Origin: Lama glama
Taxonomy: Eukaryota
NCBI GenBank assembly: GCA_028534125.1
Contig: CM052818.1
Span: forward strand, 17,608,001-17,672,000
DNA length: 64,000 bases
Direction: 5' to 3'
Shown: positions 48,321 through 59,985 of the stretch, piece by piece
Position numbering within the stretch: position 1 is the stretch's first letter
How the letters are laid out: the number at the start of each line of letters is the position of its first letter
Translations under genes and position numbers: made by a program
Notes under the pieces: model-generated
Seen by the model: the letters and a program-made list of their open reading frames with translations, nothing else
What the model was told of the DNA's origin: nothing
Database searches by the model: none

Positions 48321-51300
48321 CTATGTAGTCCTTAGCAGATCCTTGCATTTATGTCCAGAAGTTCACCCTATTAAACAGTGCCTCATTGTGAGATAAGGAA
48401 GGGTTCTTGCTTTTTAACATTTCCACACCCCCCACATTTATTGAAAAAATAATTGTTAAAACAAAACCCACCAAGATTATCTATTTCAGAAAAAGCAATG
48501 GGGAGGGAGCTGCACACAAGGGTGATACCTTACTGTTCACATCCCATTGGCTCACAATGTAATTTTTAGTAAAACTGTATAAGGGACTCTCCCTTGGGTC
48601 ACCTATAGTGAAATGGTAATGCTTAAAAACTGCATTACATTGAGGAAAATTATTTGACCTTTCTACTGACAGAAAGTCCCCACCACTCCTGCTGCCAGCA
48701 AATTATCTTGAGTGATAAATTTCTAAATTTCAGAAGTGAGAGTCTTATGGCAGTAGTAAAACAAACAGCAGGTACAGTCCTTGATTCATTTAATACAGAA
48801 ATATTTGAATCTCTCCACGTCTCCCTAAAATTCAGGTTGACGCGTTTTAACTCTAGCCGATGCATAATTTTTCCTCCTTCTTTGTGATACGATGTAACTA
48901 ACACACAAATACTGTTTCCACAGAGCCCTGTACCGTTAAGTGGTGGCTGTGGACCCTGAAAAATGAATGAATCATAGGCTGGGTTTGATTCCAAATATTC
49001 ATAATACAAAGTATTAGAGTCATTTCCATTAGTTTCCTTTGTAAGCAGTGTTTTTTTAAAGTCAGTAGTTTTCTTGTTTAGGTTAACAAAGTCACTGAGG
49101 TAGATATGGACTAATCCCTACTGGATAACGCATAACCTCTGTAAATGTCAAAAATAAACCAGGAGAATTCCATCTCACAATGCAATAATTAATTTGGGAT
49201 TTTTTTTTTTAAATTTGGGATTCTTATGGAGAATATCATTTTAAAGCAAACTACTCGTTCTGATATTTGGATAGAGAGTGGTTCAGGATGCCTGTCTTGC
49301 TTCGCCTTTTGAATATCACTTCTCTCTGATGACAGCCACATACTCTTGGCACTCAGAGCAGCTACTGAGTGCCCCCGAGGAGCAGGTGCTCAGCAACACT
49401 GACTCAGCACAGGAGGGTTGGGGAGGTCCGTCCTGGCTGTGTCCTCGATTTCCTTCCTCCCGCCTCCCCTCCACATGTCAGAACTCTCAGCCTGCAGAAC
49501 TGTCTTTCATGCACAATTATTAGAAGTCTGATGACCATCCATTCATTTCTCCAGTTTCTTAATCTCCTCACCGTTCCTTTTGGCTGTCTGGACCGACGCG
49601 GTCCCTTCATGATGCCATCCTGGGTGGTTTGCCAAGACCCTGCCTTTGCTTCTCTCTGTGCAGTGGCTTTCTTGTCCATTACATCACTGGGTTGCTTTGC
49701 CTTACCCCCACTTGACATTTCTCCTTTCCTCATTTCTGCACATGCCCAACCATGATTTTCTGTTTTGCATCTGATCAGCTCTGAGATCTTCCAGCATAGA
49801 TGATTTATAAAACAAAGTCTGGTGTTTGGTTGTTCATTGGTGTGCATGATTACGTTAATAGTTATATTTGATCTTGTTTTCACCGTTAGCATGAGGGCAG
49901 TTGATTTTTTTCAGTATTTTCCGCTATATTAACACAATGCAGAGAACAGTACAGGTGCCTACTACTTACGGGATTTGCTGGTTTTCCTCTGGGCTGAATG
50001 CTGTCTGAGTGGAGGCTACCCTCCTCTTTATATGGAGTCCTCATCTCGAGTGCCTAGTAAATCCAGTGTAAGAACTCTCATTGCACTTAAAATTGTCACT
50101 TTTTTTCCTTCTTGAACACAGCTGAATGATCAAATTCTTCCAGCCTTTGCTCACAGGTCTTACTAACCATTCCTTACTGACTAGCTTCCCGTGTCTCCCT
50201 TTCTCTGGGGACACTGACTCTAAGAACAGGCTGGGGAAAGTGGGGAAGGAGGAGAGAAAGAGAGAGGTTACCCTTTTTGACCATTTCGGCATCCTCCTCT
50301 CCTTGGTATTCACCTGGCTTTGTTCAACATTAGAGCACATGGGCAGTGAGGAGCAGCTTGTTCCCAGATGTACTCTAGATCTCCCCCCGCCTCTGTTTTC
50401 TTTACCGAACTTACCACTTGTCTGAAAAAATCGTGTTTACCTATCCATTTGTCACTTGTTCTTTAATGTATAACTTGCATCCCCCGCTCACAAGAAGAAA
50501 AGCTTCAAGAACCTGTTTGTCTTGCTCCATGCAAGATTTCTGTGTGAATTTTACTTCTATTCCGCTACCCCAAAGTCGGCCGCCCAATATACGAGACATG
50601 GCAGCTGCTGACCCCATCTGATCACACTACAGCACCCTGGTACCAAGCCTAGTTTAACTTCTCATCCTCCTCTCAGTGTTTCCTTCCTTATGCCCTGGTT
50701 CTCTGTTCATCAATTCCTCTTACGGCTTAAACTTCAGATCCTGTTGCTTCAGTTGGATCTTTCACCGCAGGCTTTTCTGGCGATCTTACCCCTCCTGGAT
50801 GGCGTCTTGATAGTCCGTGAGTGGTTTGTCTTTCTACGTTACCTTTTGTGAGTGAGATCCCTTTTCTACGTTGGCTTTTTCTATCCAGTTCCCTACGGTA
50901 TTTTTTCATGCCCAACTTTAATAATTCATGCAGTGTTGCTCTTTTGACAGAACTGGCTCTGTTTGTGTGGCGGCTTCCTGTCAGATTCTTACTTCATGTG
51001 ATTTTTTTGTTTTTATACTTTCCAACTAGTTTTTTGGAATAGAGGGTTTTTTTGTGTGTGTTACCCTCTTTGAATCTGAGTGTTGTTTTCATACAGGATA
51101 ACCCTCCTCTAGGTCTTTGTTCCTTAATGTGCTTTGTACTGCATTTCTTAGACATCTTTTTCTTGCTTGTTTTGTGTCTTGAACACAAATACAACATGGT
51201 CACAAATAGCAGTTGCTGGTGTTACTAGACTTTGCATAATGTTAACATATATCTTGATAAAAATCATTTCAGATATCAGGAGGTCATATTTTGGAAAGCT

Positions 51301-52942
51301 CACTTTTTAGGAAAGTAATGTATTGTGTTAAATATTTAGAAATGGATATACTTGGTATGCACTTTTGCTACTCCTTAAACAAGTGAAAGCAGGCATTTTC
51401 ACAAAGAGATGTATAATTACTTTTACAGGCAGGTTGCCCAAATCTTCGTGTATTTCATACTAAGGTCTTTCAGTCTCCCTGAATATTTACATACTCTGTT
51501 CACCCTAACCCACCCCTCTTCAGAAAAATGCCTTCTTCTCTGAAAATGTGATATGTTTGTGTTTTAGGTGCCTTCCTAAAGTTATTAATGAAACAAACAG
51601 GAAAGATCTGACATCTTCTTAAACACAAATTATACGTTTTATCAAGTGTTTGATAAATTTGAATTACTGTGTAGTTCCACCCGGAACTCCTAATGAAGGG
51701 GGACATTATAATGTAGATTTGGTGGGTTGTCAGTTTCATCATTGACCAAATAGTGTTGAGTCCTACTGTGTGCCCACTGATCTTTTAAACTCTGGGAGGA
51801 AAAATAAAAAGTTTACACCTATAGTTCCGTTCTACAAAAGGGCATCTTCCATTCTACCCCAAATGGTTTTTCAGCTACTCTTTATGATGAACAGGTTCTT
51901 TATCTTTGACATTAAAATAGCACCTGTTTTTCAGATTGTTGCAAGATTTAAAACTAATATTTTTAAGGCACCTCCTGCTATGCCTGGCCCCAAAGTAGAG
52001 CATAAATGGTGGCTTTTCTTTTTCCCAATTCAGTTATAGGAAAAAAGAATATTCAAGCTATTTTTTCCCCCTTTTACGTAACGCTGTTACTTTTCCTGCC
52101 TGAAAATTGGTGGGCAACTGATGAAACCACTCAGACCTCCTGATGCAAAAACGCATGTTGAAACTAGATCAGGAACAACCCCCTGGGTGTGAACACATGG
52201 AACTCAATTATACTTGATTCCAGCCACACTGTCCTGTGTGGTTTAGCAGTGGATGTCAATTTCACATTGGTATAAACAATGTTTTAGAATAGGAGAGGGT
52301 GGCTGTGCAATTCAGGGGGGTCTAACTGAACCCCAGCTCTTAGTTGACAGGTAGAAGCAGCCATTGGTAACTAGGTCACAGGCCACCATTGCCCTAAAAT
52401 ATGCCTGGTTTCAGCTGCCTGGGCATGTGACAAGGGGCTGACTTTTCCTTCACACATTTTTCTCAAAAACACTTGTTTCTTCTGTGCTTTTCCCTCAGCC
52501 TGGAGAGATGGTTATTAGATTAAAAGAATGAATATAGCATAGGGAAAGGATGTAATAGAACAATGCCTTGCTCATAATGAGTGCTATCTGGGTGTTTGCT
52601 GTTATTACTGAATGTATTATATAAATATACAGATTTTCAAGATTTCTTTTTCCCACAGGAACACAAGTTTTTGTAAAACTGATTTCCTTGAAATCTTAGA
52701 TTTTAGATTCACTTAATAAACTGACAAAATGACAGCACAGCAAACCACTGAAGCTCCACAGTGACCCTTAGTCATGTCAGTGCATCTTAATTTTGAGACC
52801 CTCTTCTAAATAGACCCCTTTCTCAAATCTCCTGAAGAAATTTGAAAAGGTGATTTTTATGTTGCTATCTGAGACCTAAATGAAGTTGATGGAGCTTTTT
52901 GGTGTGGGAGCTTCCTGATGAAAAGGTAATTTGTCATTTGTT

Positions 52943-53442
52943 NNNNNNNNNNNNNNNNNNNNNNNNNNNNNNNNNNNNNNNNNNNNNNNNNNNNNNNNNN
53001 NNNNNNNNNNNNNNNNNNNNNNNNNNNNNNNNNNNNNNNNNNNNNNNNNNNNNNNNNNNNNNNNNNNNNNNNNNNNNNNNNNNNNNNNNNNNNNNNNNNN
53101 NNNNNNNNNNNNNNNNNNNNNNNNNNNNNNNNNNNNNNNNNNNNNNNNNNNNNNNNNNNNNNNNNNNNNNNNNNNNNNNNNNNNNNNNNNNNNNNNNNNN
53201 NNNNNNNNNNNNNNNNNNNNNNNNNNNNNNNNNNNNNNNNNNNNNNNNNNNNNNNNNNNNNNNNNNNNNNNNNNNNNNNNNNNNNNNNNNNNNNNNNNNN
53301 NNNNNNNNNNNNNNNNNNNNNNNNNNNNNNNNNNNNNNNNNNNNNNNNNNNNNNNNNNNNNNNNNNNNNNNNNNNNNNNNNNNNNNNNNNNNNNNNNNNN
53401 NNNNNNNNNNNNNNNNNNNNNNNNNNNNNNNNNNNNNNNNNN
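52943..53442. other. Assembly gap (exactly 500 N, probably unsized)
   Basis: N run. Confidence 1.
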
Positions 53443-54162
53443 CACAAGTCCTTATTTAAACACGCTAAAATACCATGAGAGCCTTTCTAAAGTGTGACAT
53501 GTCCTGCTGAGCTTTGGAAGGAGACAGTGAGATGTATTTCTGGGCTTTAAAATATTCACCAGCCTTGAAGGAAGAAATGTGGTACAGGTTTAGAAAAACA
53601 CAGAGTAAGTCTCTCCCTTATGGAGACATGGAATCCAGGAACAATGAAACCAGGTTTTCTTGCACTTTGTATCAAATATCTCCTTTGATAATGAAAGTGA
53701 CTTCCTGTGGGAGTCTTCTTGGTATTTTATTAATTCCATTTCTTCAGATGGTATCAGAGGTAAACTGGCATATTCTGAATAGCAAGCTACCGGGCGTGTT
53801 GCCTCCACGAAGAGTCAATGCGCTTGCTTTCTTGGTTCACGTGCTGCAAGAAGCTGCAAATGCTACACTAGGCTTTGGTCCACGGGTCTCATCTCAGGTC
53901 ATCGGACTTGTTGGTTGGAGCGTTTTCATCGTTAGTAGCTCCTTACCCATCCGTAGTAGTATTAGAAGCCTGGCGTTGGTAATAAAATAAGAAAGACAAC
54001 AATACTTTATTAAATTGTCAGGTTAAAAAAGGATGTATTAAAGATGCCAGTACAGCCAGAGGCTATCAATTAAATTAAAAAAAAAAAAACAAGTAGAAAG
54101 AGAAGTGGCAATGTCACTACATCTATGAGCACACTAAAAATCTTACATTTCTTTGACCAATC

Positions 54163-54385
54163 TTTGGAAATCAGACTGTCTGAGGTCAGAGCCCAGTTCA
54201 GCCGCTTGTGTAATCAGAAGCAAAACACTGAACCTCTGTGTACTTGGCTTTTTACATCTGCAAAACGACATGAATAATGTGAACTACTCATGACATTATT
54301 CTGCCGGTTAAGTAAGAGACAATGCATGTAAAGCACGCTGCATAGAACCCTTGATAATATGAGTTAGCTTTTGTTAGTAGTCATA
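54163..54385 (+). mobile_element. MIR SINE
   Basis: tttggaaatcagactgtctgaggtcaga...aacctctgtgtacttggcttttacatctgcaaaa...aatgcatgtaaagcac. Confidence 0.75.
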
Positions 54386-55679
54386 GCAAATTAACGGAGT
54401 AAGCCACACCATAAATGGAAATAAACCTACAGCCACAGGCAAGAGGGGGAAATGTTAGTAATCGACACTTGAGCATCTGGAAAGGTTTTTAAAGTATTTC
54501 TGAATTCTGTCGTCATACAACTTTTCTCAGTAGCCATTCTGAAACTAATAAGATGCCAGCAGTGCCTCTGTTGGATAAGTTTAGGGTGCTAGGATGAGAA
54601 GAGGGCACACAGCCTCTGCTGTTCTTACTTTTGGAGGGAGAAAAAGGCAGGTCTTTGCCCCACAGGGCTGTTGAGAGAAGGAATGAGGAGCTTTCCTGCG
54701 TGCTCTTATAATCCGCTTGCTCGTCCTCCTCGACATTCAGGACCGCTCGGGGCTGCATGACTTCGCCGGGCAGAGGCGCCGCACACCCTCTGACGGATGG
54801 CTTGTCTTTGGTATTTCCCAGTTCTAGGCTTGACAGGCTTCCTTCTGATGGGCTTGGTGGGGAAGCTGTCTAATCCTTCACCTTAGCTCTTGCACGTTCA
54901 CCGAAAAAGAGTGTGACTTTTCCCAGCAAAAGAAAATTGAGACAGCAGTTGCTTCATGACTGGAATATAAAGATGATCACCCAAAGAGAGGAGACCCAGT
55001 TGTAAATCAGGAAAAGCACAGACTGCCCCGTGACCCAGAATGAGCTGCTCTTAGAGAAAACGCTCCACAGGAACCCTGACTGAGAGCTGTGCACCTAGGA
55101 CCCAGCGTCCAGCTCTGCAAGAGAGACTCTGCTCTGGGTTTCCACCAGGGCACGGGATTCTGGAGTAGGGAGGGAAGGAGGGCAATAGGAACTGACCAAA
55201 CAATCTTAGAAAGGAATCCAAAAAACTAATCAGGAGAGCTCTTATTTCCAAGATAATAAGCCTTACTGTCGGTGTGACCATCAAATGGTCTTTGGTGATT
55301 GATTTCCTGGTACTTAAAAATTTAAAATATCATAATAAAAATTTGAAAGAGGGAGAAATTGAATACACTCCAACCATGGGAGCCAGAGAGCACTGATCAG
55401 TAAGGATGGAATGTTTCACAGAGAAACAGAAACAAGCTCCCACGTGCAGCTTAACAATTAATGGCCCAGGACAACAGACCCTGTCGTATAAACGGCTGTT
55501 TTGCCACCTGAATTCCCAGGGCCTCCACTGATGAAAGGCGAGTCCCTGAAGACAGAGACCCCTGTGGCGATAATGTCCTTGGCGTTCCCTGCCACCGCTG
55601 ATTGAGCCCTGGGGTGCGGTGCCGACTTGTCTCATTGTCAAGAAGCCTGCTGATTCAGTACCTTCTGTATGCAAGACAC

Positions 55680-55925
55680 AGGGAAGGTGATCAGACCGTG
55701 GTTGTTTTCACATAGTGCTTTATCCTTCTCAGAGAGCTTGCCCATTTATCCACCTGGTCGGATCCTCTCAGTGGCCCTGAGGGGGTAAGCAGTATGTCAC
55801 CGTTAGGTCTCTGATGAAAAAACTGTTAGCAGAGGATAATGAATTGCTAAGAGTCACTCAGCAAGTTAGAGGCAGTGCCGGGACTGGAACCTAATGTCTA
55901 AAACTCTTTTTCCCACTCTGCCATG
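55680..55925 (-). mobile_element. MIR SINE (degenerate)
   Basis: ctgatgaaaaaactg...gaattgctaagagtcactcagcaagttagaggcagtgccgggactggaaccta. Confidence 0.65.
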
Positions 55926-56139
55926 CTTCCCTGAGGTTCTGCAGGGATGCAGACTCCTTTCCCTGGAAAGGACGGATAGAAGGCAGGACGTTGGTGGAAA
56001 GTGGCTGGAAGGGATGCAACTGGGCTGCTGCTTAGAGGAGAGGCCTGACGTGTTCAGATCTACGGGAAAGGGGAGAATTGGAAATACTAACGCATCGTTC
56101 TGCGGCTGTAAGTGCAGATGCACAGGATGTCTGAAACTG

Positions 56140-56360
56140 CAGGAGCTGTGGACACAGCTGGGTTTGAATTTTGGCTGTGCCACTTGCAAAGCTCACGTAG
56201 CATGACCTCTTGGAGACTCAGTTTCCTTTCTTGTAAAGTTGTGATAACACCTACACTGCAGAGTTGTTATGAGGAATAAATTAAATGATGTGTGTAAAGT
56301 GCACAACCCAGAGCGTACAATGTAACAATAATACAGTAAAGGTAACGATTGCTAACTAAA
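56140..56360 (+). mobile_element. MIR SINE
   Basis: ctgggtttgaattttggctgtgccactt...actcagtttcctttcttgtaaa...cctacactgcagagttgttatgaggaataaat. Confidence 0.8.
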
Positions 56361-58074
56361 TAAAAGAAGAAAAGAATGTCAGCCTTGCAGTGAGTCAGAA
56401 GGCATAGTAGCCGTGTTGAGCATCGGTTGACAATTAAGTCACGTAAGAGTACATCTATTAAGGGTAAATCCGTGCATCATTTGGGAGGAAGTTAAGAAAG
56501 AGGGTTTTGATAATCCAATGTATTTAAGAAGGTTAACCCCCAAGTATCTTCCCTGGAGCTCTTGAGAAGCCTGACTTTACCTATAATTATGAGGGGGAAA
56601 AGAAAAAGGTGACTGTAACAACTTCTATCAGAGATTTGGAAGGAACGCTGCGGTATTCACATGCACGGGTGTGTGTACACACTCGCACTCACATGCACAC
56701 ACTCCTCACTACTCCAGCTGTAATCATACTGCCATTTTTGTCTTCCTATAAACCAGATTCCTCACAAATTCCTGGTTCTAGGCGTGAGGATTACTTGAAA
56801 TGAATCCCCCGATTTTGTGTGAAGAGTGTTCAACTTTCTTTTTGTGAAAAAGTGAAATGCATTTTAGGAAAAGTGATTTCTAGGTGTATGTATTCCTGGG
56901 TGTTTTAGTCAATGAACTCCCAGAAAAAGAAGCTATTTTTCCATCGAAGAGTTTAGCTGAGTTGGAATCAATAATGGAGAGTTTCATCTCCATTTCAAAA
57001 TATAGCTCTTGCATTTTCTGAAATGTGATCCATTTTGATGAAACCCACATACAGATGCTCCAGATTCTCTAGCTTTGAAACCGACTTTCTCAATTATTGC
57101 CTATAAGTCTTTTCTTCTACTTGACAGTTAAGGAAAAGTTTGACCTGACTGATGGGGCCCTTTTCAACTTTCTCAGTCTAACAGCAATAGGAATGAAAAG
57201 CACCCTAGAAACTTCTGAAACTACTACGCTGAATTTGAGAAGTTAGCTCTCAACTATTTGTAGTGCTGTGTGTGTCAGATGATGTTGATATAAATAAGGC
57301 ACCCAAATGAACCAAACTGAAGACTGCAGACTTGGTTGACTTTAAATACTTAGTGCCTTAGTCATTGGAATTAAGCAGCATGTTACTTGGAGGCATAGGG
57401 AAAGTAAATGCAGACACAATACTTCATTGATGAACATTGATTCCAATTCACTTAAGCAGAGAAGTGCTTTCTGTTAATTAAATAAATACCAAATTTACTT
57501 CTTTTATTGAAGTTATTGTAGGCGGTGGGAGGTAAGGAAGTACTGTGGTAAAAATGTTTTGTAAAGAAGCACGCAATGTTACCATCATTGTTTCACCCAC
57601 TTGTTTGTTACCTTTCCTCAAAACCTTAAAGTCAGAAATCTCTCCAAGTTTCTTAATGGTTACATCTGCCCCAGTCCCACTCCTGAAAATTTACGAACTT
57701 ACAAAAAAATCTCTTGCTCTAATCAGTCTGAAAACATAGATTTTTGTGCCTATTGTGTTCAGTCTTCATTACATGTTTGGAGGTGAGGGAATTGGTGGGA
57801 AAGAGAAATAGAGACACAGGAAACTATCAAAGGACTAGCAGTCGAGTCTGGGAGAGAAGGAACCATCCAACAGAAATGAAATGTGTAAGTAAGATCTCAC
57901 AGCAGTACGGGATCCACACAAAAGTGCATGATGCAATATGTGGTTGAGAGAAGACTGGGATAAACATGTGTTTTCTGCAAATTCTCCCATGTGTCTTCTT
58001 GATTTTCTTCTGGCCAGCTTCAGGCCATTCTATCTCGCATCTTCCTTCTTGAGAAATCCTCAGTGGCTTGCCAG

Positions 58075-58395
58075 GGTTCACCGTGGAAGACCTGGATCCT
58101 TTTCCTTTAAGGCTCATCCCAGATAACTTCTACTGAGACAGCCCTTTGCTGATGACCCTGTCTAACGCCTCCCCCTTATTATTATTTTCCTTGGTACCCA
58201 ATCTTTGTGCCTTCTTGTTTACTGATTTTTTTTAATTTAAAATTATCCTATTTGTTTTCTTATATTATCTATTTTATTTCCAATATACTGAAAATTCTAA
58301 GCCAAGGTAGAACCCATGGCTGTCTAGACTACCTTGGTATGAATATTTAATGGTACCTGGTAAATTGTTGTTACTCAGTAAATATTTGTTGAAAA
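58075..58395 (+). mobile_element. L2 3' fragment
   Basis: tcctttaaggctcatcccagataacttctactgagacagcccttt...tactcagtaaatatttgttgaa. Confidence 0.6.
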
Positions 58396-58499
58396 TTTTA
58401 AATTAACTTTTCTACTTGATTTTCTTTTTCTCTTTTTTCCCCACCTCCATACATTAACCAATGCTAACCACTTGGCCTGAATCTTTCATACATCTTTCA

Positions 58500-59490
58500 C
58501 CATGTTCCTATAAAATATATATAAATATAGGGTAATTTTTCTCTCTTGCCATGTAAAAATGGAAGCACACTATATGAATTAAACTTGCTTTTTTTTCCTT
58601 TCCCAATGTATTATTCTCCTTTCCTAGTGTATTTTTCAGGTCAACAGATTTAACTCCAATTCCTCTTTTTAACTCTGTTAGAATTCTAGGCTGTGTGTGT
58701 GCCATAATTATGGGTGTGCAATAAATTATGGTTGAATAATTTATTCAACCGTAGCCTTGTTAAATGAAACTTTTAAGCTGTCCTTTTTTCTTTTCTCCTC
58801 ACAACGTTATAATGAACATCCTGTATTTATATCTTTGTGTGCTGGTGTATTTAATTCTTTAGACTATATCCCCAAACCGAGGTTGCTTGATTAAAATATT
58901 TGTGTATTTTTTAACTTTACTGTCGTACATCCAAACATGGTAAATTAGAAGAAGTTGTATAATGAATTCATATACATCCATCAATCAGCTGTAATCTAAT
59001 CTTTTTACATTTTAATAGATGCTATTAGATTATTTCCTACAAAGTGTTGAGGAATTTATATTCTCACGAGCACAATTGTCCATTTCCTGAGCAAATGGCC
59101 TTACCAAATTGTCACTATTTCTTTATTTCTACTTCATTTCTCCAAAGTTGTTGGTGAAAAAAAAATTTTTTTTCCCTTACTTTATTTTGATTTCCATTCT
59201 AGTGAAAATGAGCATCTTGTCTACATTTACTCATTTGGATCTTCTATTTTCCACTTGCTTGTGTGTATTTTTGTCCCTTCTTCTTAGTGGGTTTTTGCCT
59301 TTTTGCATAACAATCGGAGCATGTTCTTTGTACTTTAGACGTGTTAACTCTTGGTCTGTCACATGCACTACGGATACTTGGCCTCTCCTTTTGTGTCTGC
59401 ATTTTCACTTTGTTAGTAACACCTTTTTCCATATAAAATTGTTACTCTTTATGGAGTGAAATACGATGAGCTTTCCATGTATGGCTTCTC
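58500..59490 (-). mobile_element. Old L1 (L1ME-like) fragment
   Basis: T-rich; gtgccataatt, aatgaacatcctgtat, tttatattctcacgagca, ttttgatttccatt, agcatctt motifs of the reverse L1M ORF2/3'UTR. Confidence 0.65.
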
Positions 59491-59544
59491 CCGTAGACCA
59501 TGGCCTGTGTGAGTTTCATGTCCACCTTCAGATTTCTTCTCACT

Positions 59545-59985
59545 TTCCCCCCAGATTGCCACCACACTGGCATTAGCTGAAGTTCCTGAAAACCAAACTC
59601 TGTTCTTCCTCAAGGCCATTCCACACGTTGCTCCTTCTCATGAGAAGGCTCTTCTGCCCACGTCTCACTGGGCTACTCTCCTCTCACCTTCCAGATCTCA
59701 GCACAAATGTCACAACCCAGGAAGATCTAACCCCCCAGTGTAAATGAGGAACCCCTGTCCCACTCCTGCACGGAACCTACCATTTTCCTTCATCACACAT
59801 GTTCCGGATATTGCTATAAGCTTAACTGTGTGATTCGTTGTTGTATGTCTCTTTCCCTCATTATATTTCAGGGTCCATGAGGGCAGAAGTCAAGTGTGTT
59901 TGGTTAATTACTCTACTTCCAGGACCCAGTATAGTCGCTGGAACATAACTGTAGCTCACCCTATAAATGGTTGGCAAGAGAACTG
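59545..59985 (+). mobile_element. L2 3' fragment
   Basis: gccaccacactggc...cctcaaggccattccacacgttgctcc...cttccagatctcagcacaaatgtcac...ccatgagggcagaag...gctcaccctataaatggttgg. Confidence 0.75.

Noticed and set aside
53514-53990. 158-aa ORF as a processed pseudogene
   Set aside because: TTG start, no recognisable parent protein, no poly(A) tail or TSD.
54764-54783. Possible CTCF motif in the CpG cluster
   Set aside because: Core spacing is one base short of consensus and the 5' CC is missing.
55680-56360. Inverted MIR pair as a dsRNA hairpin
   Set aside because: Both copies are heavily diverged, so stable pairing is unlikely.
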